From NCBI GenBank assembly GCA_964596195.1, contig CAZQTN010000003.1:1-41974 (forward strand): a stretch of DNA of 41,974 bases, written 5' to 3'. A model generated the notes under the pieces. That model worked only from the letters and a program-made list of their open reading frames with translations, was not told where the DNA came from and did not search any database. The translations under genes and the position numbers were made by a program. Source of the DNA: an uncultured Ruminococcus sp. (lineage in GTDB: Bacteria > Bacillota > Clostridia > Oscillospirales > CAG-272). Positions 31,995 through 40,182 of the stretch are shown piece by piece; the stretch's first letter is position 1; every line of letters starts with the position of its first letter.

Positions 31995-34900
31995 ATGGCA
32001 AAGACATTTTCGCCCGAGCAGCTCTCGGCGATAGAAACGCGCGACCGCACACTTCTCGTGTCGGCGGCGGCGGGCTCAGGTAAAACGACCACCCTGACCG
32101 AGCGCATCATTCGCTCCCTGCTCGACGAGGAGCGGCCCGAGAGCTTAGAAAATATGCTGATCGTAACCTTCACCAACGCCTCGACCGCCGATATGGGCCG
32201 CAAGATCTCGGAGGCGCTTAAGGAAGCGATAAAGCAAAATCCGGAAAACAAGCGCCTTGAAAAGGAGCTGTACCTGCTCCCCTCGGCGCGTATAAGCACC
32301 ATAGATTCATTTTTAAACGAGATAGTGCGCGCAAACGCCGACAGAGTCGGAGTGCCGCCGAATTACCGCCTGGCAGACAAGGCGGAATGCACCATACTTG
32401 AGTGCGCCCTTATCGACAATCTGATAGCGGCGGTATACGACTCGCAGCTGCCCGAGGTCGGAGAGCCCGAGGAGTTTGAGGCAATGTGCGACTGTCTGAC
32501 CGACAGCAAGACGACGAGCAACCTCTGTGACATTTTCCGACTTTTGCACGAAAAAAGCAAGAGTGCGATAGAGGGAGTCGGTATTTACCAGCTTCTTGCA
32601 AATAATTATTTACAAAAAGAGGGGTTTGCCGTCGAGGATACTCCGTATGGTAAAGACCTTATAGAGCTCACCAAGGATGCCGTAAAATTTTACACGGGCG
32701 TCATCCTTTCCATTTCAGATGAGCTTTCAGCAGGCACCGCGGCAGAGGCGGCGGACGCCGACGTTCACAAGCAAAACGCCGAGATACTCGCGGGGCTTCA
32801 AAAATGCGATACGTATCTGAAAATCCGCGACGCGCTCAAGAGCCTTATATTCATCGATATGCCCCGCTGTCCCAAAAAGGATCACACCGAGATCCTCGAC
32901 TTCGGGCGCGAGGAATTTATGAAAATAAAGAAGCAGCTCTCAAAGCTTTACACAGATTTTTACATCTACACAGAGGCTATGTGGCACGAGCTGTTCAGGG
33001 AGCTGTACAGTAAGCTCTCGTGCCTTGCGCGATTTATGCGTGCCTTTGATACGGCGTACACGAGAGAAAAGATCAGGCGCGGCGTGCTTGAGCACTCGGA
33101 CGTTTCCCGTTTTGCCTACGCCTGCCTTTACAACGAGGACGGCACGCCCGGCGATATCGCCGAGGCGTATGCAAAGCGCTTTACGTCGGTCTATATTGAC
33201 GAGTACCAGGACGTCAACGCCCTGCAGGATGCGATCTTCGCGGCTGTGTCGAGGAATAACCGCTTTATGGTTGGAGATATAAAGCAGTCGATATACGGCT
33301 TCCGCTCCGCAAAGCCGGAGATATTCGCCGAAATGAAGGGCAGCTTTCCGAAGCTTGAGCCCGGTGTATACTCCCCTGCTTCATCTATATTTATGTCGCA
33401 GAATTTCCGCTGCGACAGAGGAATTATAGATTTCACCAACGAGATATTCGACCGTATGTTCGGAGTCGTAAAAGATAGTATCGGATACGTACCCGAGGAT
33501 GCGCTCGTATTTTCAAAAGTCTACAAGGACGGAGTTGAGCCGCCCTACTGTCCTGCCACAGTCTACCTTGTCGAAAGGCCGGAGAGCGACGATCCGTTCG
33601 AGGAAAAGACCTACGGCCCACGCTTCGTAGCAAGAAGGATCAAGGAGCTTTTACAGGGAGGCCGTCTGGCAAACGGAGAAGCGATCAGACCATCCGATAT
33701 AGCGATACTCCTGAGAAAGCGAGACGGGGCAGAGGACTTTGCCACAGCGCTGGCAAGCGAGGGTGTTCCCTGCGAAACGAGCGACACGCCCGGCTACTTT
33801 ATGAACTCCGAGGTGCTCCTGGCTCTGTGCCTGTTGAACGCCATCGACAATCCGCAAAAGGACGTGTACCTTGCAGGTCTTATGTGCTCGCCTCTTTACG
33901 GCTTCACGGCCGACGATCTGCTGAACTACCGTATGACGGATAAAGACGGCACGCTCTGGCGCGCGGTATCCAAATACGCCGCAGAGCACCCCGAGGACGA
34001 GAAGCTCGAGCGCTTCACCACCTCGCTTGCTCATTACAGATGCCTTGCCGAGGGAATGAACGTCGACGCGCTGATATACCGCCTTTATAATGAAACGGGC
34101 CTGCTTGCCCTCGCCTCAAGGAACGGCGGTAAGGATAACCTGATGCTCCTTTACAACTATGCGCGCAAATTTGAGGGCTCGTCCTTCAAGGGTCTTTACA
34201 ACTTTATAAATTACGTTAACAACGTCGCCGCGCGCGAGGACGGACTTGAGGACGGCGGCAACAAAACGGGAGACGGAGACACGGTTAAGATAATGACCAT
34301 TCACTCCTCAAAGGGACTTGAATATCCCGTTGTCTTTCTCGCCGAGGCATCGCGCGGACTGACCAACAGAGACCTCACCGAGCGTATTGCATATTCTGAG
34401 GGGTATGGAATGTCGTTCAACCTCCGTGCGCCCGACGGTCTTGCGCTTGTGCGCAACCCGATGCAGAATATCATTCACGAAAGAATGAACCGCAAATTCT
34501 ACGAGGAAGAGCTGCGTGTTTTATACGTTGCGCTCACGAGGGCGAGAGAGCGGCTGTTCATCGTCGGCGACCTGAAGGCCAAGTCTCCGGATGCCTATCT
34601 GGCACAAACGGAGGTTAAAGGGCGCGCGCTTACACCGTACGGAATAACGCGCCTGGGCTCGTACCTTGATATTATAATGGCCGCCAAGACCTCGGCCAAG
34701 GTCGAATATATCGGCGATTTCGACCCGATCGCACCCGAAAACGACCAAAAAACCGACGAACGTACAGAAAATTCCGTGCCCACAGCCCAATTTACGGAGG
34801 CCGACGTCGCAGAAATATACGAGCAGATGATCGAGCGCTTCGGATATGAATATCCCTATAAAACAATGACCGAGATGCCCGAAAAAATGTCGGTATCACG

Positions 34901-35600
34901 CCTATACCCCACCGTGCTTGATGAATCTGATGACGGCGAGCTTTTGCCGTTTGAGGAGGAGAGATCGGAGCGCGAAGCGGCAGAGGGCGAGGTAGTGCGA
35001 AGAGACGCCCTGCCCGACTTTATGACGGGAACCGAAGCCGACGAAAGCGCACGTCGAGGCATCGCAACGCATATGGTGCTTCAGTTCTGCGACCTTAAAA
35101 ACCTTAAATCAAGGGGTGCGCGCGCAGAGCTTGACCGCCTGCGTACGGCCGACTTCCTCTCCGAGCGCAACAAGGAACGCGTGCGTCTCTACGAGATCGA
35201 GTTGTTTGCAAAATCGGAGCTGTTTGACGATATGCTTAAGGCCAAAAATCTTTACCGCGAGTTACGCTTTAACTGCCGTTTGCCCGCCACTCTTTTCACA
35301 GAGGACGAGGCTAAAAAGGCCGATTTACGCGACACGGGTATACTTGTTCAAGGAGTTATTGACTGTCTGATCGAGGATAACGAGGGCAGGCTCCACCTTG
35401 TCGATTATAAGACCGATCGCCTCACGCGCGAGGAGATGGCAGACCCCACCCTGGCACAAAAAAAGCTGAACGGCAAGCACGCCCTTCAGCTCTCGTACTA
35501 CGCGATGGCAGTCAGAAAAATGTTCGGCCGCGAGCCGAGCACCGTCAGCGTATATTCAATGCCTCTCGGCCGCACCGTGCCGATAGAGGTCAAAAAGTAA
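31995..35600 (+). CDS. addA: ATP-dependent helicase/nuclease subunit A (AddA; UvrD-like helicase plus RecB-type nuclease).
   Basis: It has Walker A (AAAGSGKTTTL), helicase motifs (DEYQDVN, TIHSSKGLEYPVVF, LLYVALTRA) and a C-terminal nuclease motif (GVIDCL...LVDYKTD). It is 1,201 aa. An AAGGAGAA RBS lies 10 nt after the truB stop. Confidence 0.9.
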   Translation: MAKTFSPEQLSAIETRDRTLLVSAAAGSGKTTTLTERIIRSLLDEERPESLENMLIVTFTNASTADMGRKISEALKEAIKQNPENKRLEKELYLLPSARISTIDSFLNEIVRANADRVGVPPNYRLADKAECTILECALIDNLIAAVYDSQLPEVGEPEEFEAMCDCLTDSKTTSNLCDIFRLLHEKSKSAIEGVGIYQLLANNYLQKEGFAVEDTPYGKDLIELTKDAVKFYTGVILSISDELSAGTAAEAADADVHKQNAEILAGLQKCDTYLKIRDALKSLIFIDMPRCPKKDHTEILDFGREEFMKIKKQLSKLYTDFYIYTEAMWHELFRELYSKLSCLARFMRAFDTAYTREKIRRGVLEHSDVSRFAYACLYNEDGTPGDIAEAYAKRFTSVYIDEYQDVNALQDAIFAAVSRNNRFMVGDIKQSIYGFRSAKPEIFAEMKGSFPKLEPGVYSPASSIFMSQNFRCDRGIIDFTNEIFDRMFGVVKDSIGYVPEDALVFSKVYKDGVEPPYCPATVYLVERPESDDPFEEKTYGPRFVARRIKELLQGGRLANGEAIRPSDIAILLRKRDGAEDFATALASEGVPCETSDTPGYFMNSEVLLALCLLNAIDNPQKDVYLAGLMCSPLYGFTADDLLNYRMTDKDGTLWRAVSKYAAEHPEDEKLERFTTSLAHYRCLAEGMNVDALIYRLYNETGLLALASRNGGKDNLMLLYNYARKFEGSSFKGLYNFINYVNNVAAREDGLEDGGNKTGDGDTVKIMTIHSSKGLEYPVVFLAEASRGLTNRDLTERIAYSEGYGMSFNLRAPDGLALVRNPMQNIIHERMNRKFYEEELRVLYVALTRARERLFIVGDLKAKSPDAYLAQTEVKGRALTPYGITRLGSYLDIIMAAKTSAKVEYIGDFDPIAPENDQKTDERTENSVPTAQFTEADVAEIYEQMIERFGYEYPYKTMTEMPEKMSVSRLYPTVLDESDDGELLPFEEERSEREAAEGEVVRRDALPDFMTGTEADESARRGIATHMVLQFCDLKNLKSRGARAELDRLRTADFLSERNKERVRLYEIELFAKSELFDDMLKAKNLYRELRFNCRLPATLFTEDEAKKADLRDTGILVQGVIDCLIEDNEGRLHLVDYKTDRLTREEMADPTLAQKKLNGKHALQLSYYAMAVRKMFGREPSTVSVYSMPLGRTVPIEVKK

Positions 35601-35661
35601 CGCGCAAAATGGAGAAAACTGTAGGTTTTCAACCTTAAACACTTAAAATATTACAAAGTAA

Positions 35662-35705
35662 AAGCGTAGACATTGCAGTTAACAACGTCTACGCTTGTTT
35701 TTTGT
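35662..35705. terminator. Bidirectional terminator (addA / trigger-factor-like gene).
   Basis: Stem AAGCGTAGAC (35662-35671) pairs with GTCTACGCTT (35687-35696), followed by GTTTTTTG. The reverse reading is followed by TTTACTTTG. Confidence 0.8.
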
Positions 35706-35735
35706 TCGATCATGCCTAAATGAAGCAGCGTCTTT

Positions 35736-37388
35736 TTATTTTACGGTTACAAGCTCCTCCAGGATCTTATCCATTCCGTAGTTGTAATACACGTTTTCAT
35801 CAAAGTAATCGTCGCCGTAGTATTCGAGCATTTCCGCCCTGATCTCATTGGCGCGGGCATCGTACTTTTCGCCCTCGAGCTTAGAAAGCTCATCTGCGTT
35901 AAGCTCAAGATGATACTCGTAATGCGACTCGATGATCTCATCACGCATACGGTTGAACTCTGTCTTGTCGGGGATGAAGCCCTCTTCCCTTATGATATAG
36001 TAGAAGATAAGCTCCTCGGTCGCCGCATCCTCAGCCTTGGTCTTAAGATGAGCGCGCCAATCCGCACCCTGAGACAGGGAGAGATATTCAAGTGCCGCGG
36101 CATCAATGCTGCTATAATAGCTGCTGTAAAGCGAGTAGTAATATGAAACCTCGTTGTAATAAGCATCGTAATACTGATCCACGTTGGCTTCGGGCAGCTT
36201 TTTGATCTCGACTGCTTCAAAGAGGATATCCCACACAGCCTCGATAATGAGATCCTCGTTGGTCTGCTCTATCTCCTCTTTTATCTCCTTAGTGAGATAA
36301 TTCTTATACTTTGCAACAATATCCGCGCCCTCGTAGTCGGCAAGGTCTTCCGCCGTGATCTTGAGAGTCTCGGTGATAAACTTTTCATCAAGCTCGGGGG
36401 TGTCGTAGATCACCGCGCTTGAGATATAGAGATCGAACTTCGCATCAACACCGCGCAAAGAGGCCTCGGTGTAATCTGCAGGGAACGCAACGTCGACCGT
36501 CAGAGGTGCACTCTCACAGCCGCGGGTCACAAACTCTATCTTCATATCGCTGTATCCTGCACTGCCCGTGCCGTAGGGGAAGGTCTTGGATGAGAGCTTG
36601 GTGCCTATTTTCTGCGCCTCGGTGCCCTCGGCGGTGCCGAGAAGGAACGCCTTAAAGCCCGTGCCGTAGATGGCATCAATATCCTCGCTAAGATCTATAC
36701 GCTCGGCACTCGCCTGCTTGTACGTGCCTGCATCATCGGGGTAAAACGCCGTGTAGGTGAGATAAATTACGTCACCCTCCTGTACCGTGCCCTCGCCGTA
36801 TTTCAAAAAGGGCTGATAGTCCGAGGGGACGACGCCCAGCATACCGTCGGTAAAGCCGGTTATAAAGTAAGTCGCGGAGGTGGAGTCGGAAATGACCTTG
36901 CCGCTTCCGACCTCAAGCATTATCTTTTCTCCGCTCTCAAAATTAGAGGAGATCTCAACGGTCTTGCCATCCCCGTCGATATAGTATCCGCGATACATAA
37001 GCGAAACCACGTCGCCAAGCGTTATTGCCTCGCTCTTGTAGGCTCCTCCGCTGTAGAGTGGATCCTTGCTCTTGTTCTCAACGAGCACCTCGTTTATCTT
37101 ACGCAAAAGGTCTATCTCCTCGTACGACTCAAGCGGGATATCCACGCTCATATTGCCGTAGTCGTCGCGCGAGATCTCGATGTACTTAGAGAGGTTATCC
37201 TTCATAAGATCAACGGGCACGCCGCGTATCGCGCGCACGATGAATACCACCGCCGTGGCAACGAGCGCCACGATAAGCACGGAGGCAACGATGGTAAATA
37301 TCTTTTGCTTTTTCGTCATCGGGGCGTCCTTTTTTGGCGTTTTGGCGGCACCCGTGTGACTTTTATTCATTTTTTTGTTGTTTGACAT
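35736..37388 (-). CDS. Membrane-anchored trigger-factor-like protein (FKBP-type PPIase plus trigger-factor C-terminal-like domain).
   Basis: The start was set to ATG 37388, which has a GGAAGGA RBS. The Lys-rich N-terminus is followed by one TM helix (IFTIVASVLIVALVATAVVFIV). The motif VDVAFPADYTEASLRGVDAKFDLYI...PELDEKF matches the trigger-factor signature (FPedY...LaGk.a.F.v.v). Confidence 0.7.
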   Translation of the reverse strand: MSNNKKMNKSHTGAAKTPKKDAPMTKKQKIFTIVASVLIVALVATAVVFIVRAIRGVPVDLMKDNLSKYIEISRDDYGNMSVDIPLESYEEIDLLRKINEVLVENKSKDPLYSGGAYKSEAITLGDVVSLMYRGYYIDGDGKTVEISSNFESGEKIMLEVGSGKVISDSTSATYFITGFTDGMLGVVPSDYQPFLKYGEGTVQEGDVIYLTYTAFYPDDAGTYKQASAERIDLSEDIDAIYGTGFKAFLLGTAEGTEAQKIGTKLSSKTFPYGTGSAGYSDMKIEFVTRGCESAPLTVDVAFPADYTEASLRGVDAKFDLYISSAVIYDTPELDEKFITETLKITAEDLADYEGADIVAKYKNYLTKEIKEEIEQTNEDLIIEAVWDILFEAVEIKKLPEANVDQYYDAYYNEVSYYYSLYSSYYSSIDAAALEYLSLSQGADWRAHLKTKAEDAATEELIFYYIIREEGFIPDKTEFNRMRDEIIESHYEYHLELNADELSKLEGEKYDARANEIRAEMLEYYGDDYFDENVYYNYGMDKILEELVTVK

Positions 37389-37395
37389 TTCAATT

Positions 37396-37836
37396 TTATC
37401 CTTCCAAAAAGGAGTCTGCAAACGACGTGGCAAGGGTGTCACAGCGCTCGTTATACTCGTGGCCGTCGTGACCCTTGACCCATACGAATTTCACCTCGTG
37501 CCGCTGTGTAAGATCATATAGACGCTGCCAGAGGTCGGGATTTTTAAGCTCATCCCTTCCCCGCTTCCAGCCGTGGGCGCGCCAGGAATCGACCCACCCC
37601 TCCAGAAAAGCATCGACTACGTATTTCGAGTCGGAATAGAGTGTCACAAGGCAGGGCTCCTTAAGTGCCTCAAGGCCCGATATAGCGGCCAAAAGCTCCA
37701 TACGGTTGTTGGTCGTTTCCCTCTCGCCGCCGGACAGCTCACGCTCGTACTTACCGTACACGAGTATCGCGCCCCATCCTCCGCGACCGGGATTGCCGCG
37801 GCAGGCGCCGTCTGTATAAAGCTGTACTTCTTTCAT
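37396..37836 (-). CDS. rnhA: Ribonuclease HI.
   Basis: It contains MKEVQLYTDGACRGNPGRGGWGAIL, TNNRMEL, DSKYV and WVKGHDGHEYNERCD. The start was set to ATG 37836. No obvious SD sequence is present. Confidence 0.9.
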   Translation of the reverse strand: MKEVQLYTDGACRGNPGRGGWGAILVYGKYERELSGGERETTNNRMELLAAISGLEALKEPCLVTLYSDSKYVVDAFLEGWVDSWRAHGWKRGRDELKNPDLWQRLYDLTQRHEVKFVWVKGHDGHEYNERCDTLATSFADSFLEG

Positions 37837-37898
37837 TATATAATTATTAAAGGGAAATCCGACAGTGTTTGTGCTGTCGGATTTCACATAGGTCTTTT

Positions 37899-40055
37899 TT
37901 ACTCAGTCTCGGTCTCTACGGTAAGCTCTTCAACGCGCTTAACGGTACCGATATAGTCGTTGTCGTAGCTTACGAGGGTAGCGATGCCTTCCTCGGTCTC
38001 CTCAGACTCAATAAGCGCATCCATAAGCTTGTCGAACTGATACATGATCTCGAAGCTGTCCTCGTAGTAGCTGTCTACGTAGTAAGTGTAGATGTAGTTG
38101 TTCTCGGTAAGATCCTTGAACTCATCCTTGGTAAGCACAAGGTCGAATGCCTGTGCAACGATATTGATGGCGATAGCCTCAGCGACGTGTGCCTTAGCTG
38201 CTTCCTCAACGACCGCAACGGCCTCGTCGTAGGTATCCACCTCCTGGTCAAACTCGTTGGGAATAACGTGCTGAATGAGGAAGTTCTTGAAGCTTCCGCC
38301 GTACTGCTTGTAGTAGCTCTGGGTAGCGGAGGAGTTGGAGCTTCCGCTAAGCGTGTAATTCTCGTAGAAGCAGTACTCGTAGCTGTCTATGAGGTAATCG
38401 TAAGCGGACTTAACAGCCTTCTTGGGGTAAGAGGTAACGGTTACCCCAGCGATAATCTGCTCGTAAACGTAGGTCGCAACCTTTTCGTTGATATCGTCGT
38501 TGTAATCTGCCTCAAGGTCAGCGTAAACGATATTGTTTTTATATCCGGTAACGATAGTGTCAGCGCCTCCGTCAATAGTAGCGGTGAGCTCGGTAATAAG
38601 AGCGTCTCTATCAGCGACTGCGGCATCGTACTCGCCCTTAGCGCCCTCCTCTGCCTCCTCGGTGTCGGTAGCCTCTGCGCCGAGGTAAGCCTTCTCAGCC
38701 TCCTCAAGGTCGTCCTGTGCTGCCTCGAGCTTGTCGGTTGCAGTCGCAAGAGCTTCCTTAGCCTCGTCTACTGCGGTCTTGTTAGCATCGGTAGCCTCTG
38801 TTGCGTAAGCAGCCTCAGCCTCCTCAAGTGCGGTGGTCTTTTCATCAAAGGTGGTCTGTGCTGTCTCAAGAGCCTCAACAGCCTCGTCGTAATCCTCCTT
38901 GGCTGCATCCATAGCCTCCTTGGAATCAGCTACATCGGTCTGTGCGGAAACAAGCTTGGTTACAAAATCCTCAAGAGAGAGCTCCTCACCCTCAACGGTG
39001 AACTCGTACTTCTCAAGGAGCTGATGTGCGGTATCGTCCTCCTCATCCTCGGAGTGCTCGTGCTCGGAGTAATCCTTACCGAAGAGGATGGTAGCGAGGA
39101 TATCAAGAGTCAAGTCATCGCTGTATATGTCGTTAAGAATGGACTCAGCGGTGATCTCGGCAACCTCTACGTAAGAAACGGGATATACGTGATAGGTGAG
39201 CTCAACGTCCTTAAGGTTCTGCTTGGTCGAGCCGGTGTAAACGGTGGGAGACTCGTTCTTATCTTCGGTGTAGGTAACGTCGGTAACAGTCTTGTAAGCG
39301 CCGGTCTCTACCCAGTCGATAACGAGGTTGGTGTAAGTGCCCCTAACGTCCTCGGCATAGGCCTCATCAGTCCAATCGAGAGTGCTGATCTTGGTGCCGA
39401 CGGTAGCGTTGTCGATAAGATGCTTATGCAGAGCGTTATTCTCGTCAAGAACTACTCTGTGGCTTGCTACGGTTTCGGTAACGTCCTCAATCATGCCCTC
39501 AGAGTCGGTCTGCTCGTACGCTCTGGTATAAGAAAGATATACGATCTGACCTGCGGTAACGCCGCCGCTGGTTACCTGCTCGTAAGCGGAGCCCTCGGTG
39601 AACTCGTAGCCTGCGAAGGCCTCTGCGATCTTCTCAGCAAGATCGGTGGTGTACTCACCAAGACCGAGCTGAACGCTGGTGGCGGCACTTTCCTTCATCG
39701 TGCTGGTGAAGAAGGTGTACTCAACGTCGTTGATAACGGCGGTTGCGTAATAGCAGTAGTAGAAAAGGTCGTTCTCACCAACAGTGCCCTCGGTCTTCTT
39801 GTCGTCGGTATCGGCAAGCTTGGCAAGGGATGCCATAATGGTGTCGAGCACCTTCTGCTCTCTGGTCTCGGCATTCTCGGTGAAGTCGCCGTCCAGTATC
39901 TCAAACTCTGCAAGTGCGGCAAGGAACGCATCCTTGTCGAAGGTGGCGTACTTGGTCATATCGTCACCCGTGTAGCTGTAAGCACAGCTTGCAAGAGTGA
40001 GGACGGACATTACTACCACAAGAATTAAGCTGATAATTCTCTTTTTCATTGTCAT
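37899..40055 (-). CDS. Lipoprotein, trigger-factor/PPIase-chaperone-like, with an acidic coiled-coil insert.
   Basis: It has the lipobox LTLASC. The start is ATG 40055 or 40049. A FKBP-like beta region is followed by a roughly 130-aa Ala/Glu/Asp coiled coil (EEAEAAYATEATD... / EEAEKAYLGAEATD...). The C-terminal region resembles the trigger-factor C-domain of its neighbour 35736..37388. Confidence 0.65.
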   Translation of the reverse strand: MTMKKRIISLILVVVMSVLTLASCAYSYTGDDMTKYATFDKDAFLAALAEFEILDGDFTENAETREQKVLDTIMASLAKLADTDDKKTEGTVGENDLFYYCYYATAVINDVEYTFFTSTMKESAATSVQLGLGEYTTDLAEKIAEAFAGYEFTEGSAYEQVTSGGVTAGQIVYLSYTRAYEQTDSEGMIEDVTETVASHRVVLDENNALHKHLIDNATVGTKISTLDWTDEAYAEDVRGTYTNLVIDWVETGAYKTVTDVTYTEDKNESPTVYTGSTKQNLKDVELTYHVYPVSYVEVAEITAESILNDIYSDDLTLDILATILFGKDYSEHEHSEDEEDDTAHQLLEKYEFTVEGEELSLEDFVTKLVSAQTDVADSKEAMDAAKEDYDEAVEALETAQTTFDEKTTALEEAEAAYATEATDANKTAVDEAKEALATATDKLEAAQDDLEEAEKAYLGAEATDTEEAEEGAKGEYDAAVADRDALITELTATIDGGADTIVTGYKNNIVYADLEADYNDDINEKVATYVYEQIIAGVTVTSYPKKAVKSAYDYLIDSYEYCFYENYTLSGSSNSSATQSYYKQYGGSFKNFLIQHVIPNEFDQEVDTYDEAVAVVEEAAKAHVAEAIAINIVAQAFDLVLTKDEFKDLTENNYIYTYYVDSYYEDSFEIMYQFDKLMDALIESEETEEGIATLVSYDNDYIGTVKRVEELTVETETE

Positions 40056-40119
40056 TCTTTCCTCTATGTTTTTATTTTTTAAACGAATAAATTTGGCGCG
40101 TATATAACGAGCATCAATC

Positions 40120-40148
40120 ATTATATCATACTTTTTTAAAAAAAGCAA
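40120..40148 (-). promoter_or_regulatory. Promoter of the lipoprotein gene.
   Basis: On the minus strand: TTGCTT (40148-40143), 17-nt spacer, TGaTATAAT (TATAAT 40125-40120). Confidence 0.55.
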
Positions 40149-40182
40149 ATGTTTTTTTAAAATTTATGATATTTATTTAAAA

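Noticed and set aside
37869-40028. 719-aa + strand ORF opposite the lipoprotein gene.
   Set aside because: The translation is monotonous V/L/G/S/C-rich with no start context. The minus-strand frame has a lipobox, RBS, promoter and domain-like sequence.
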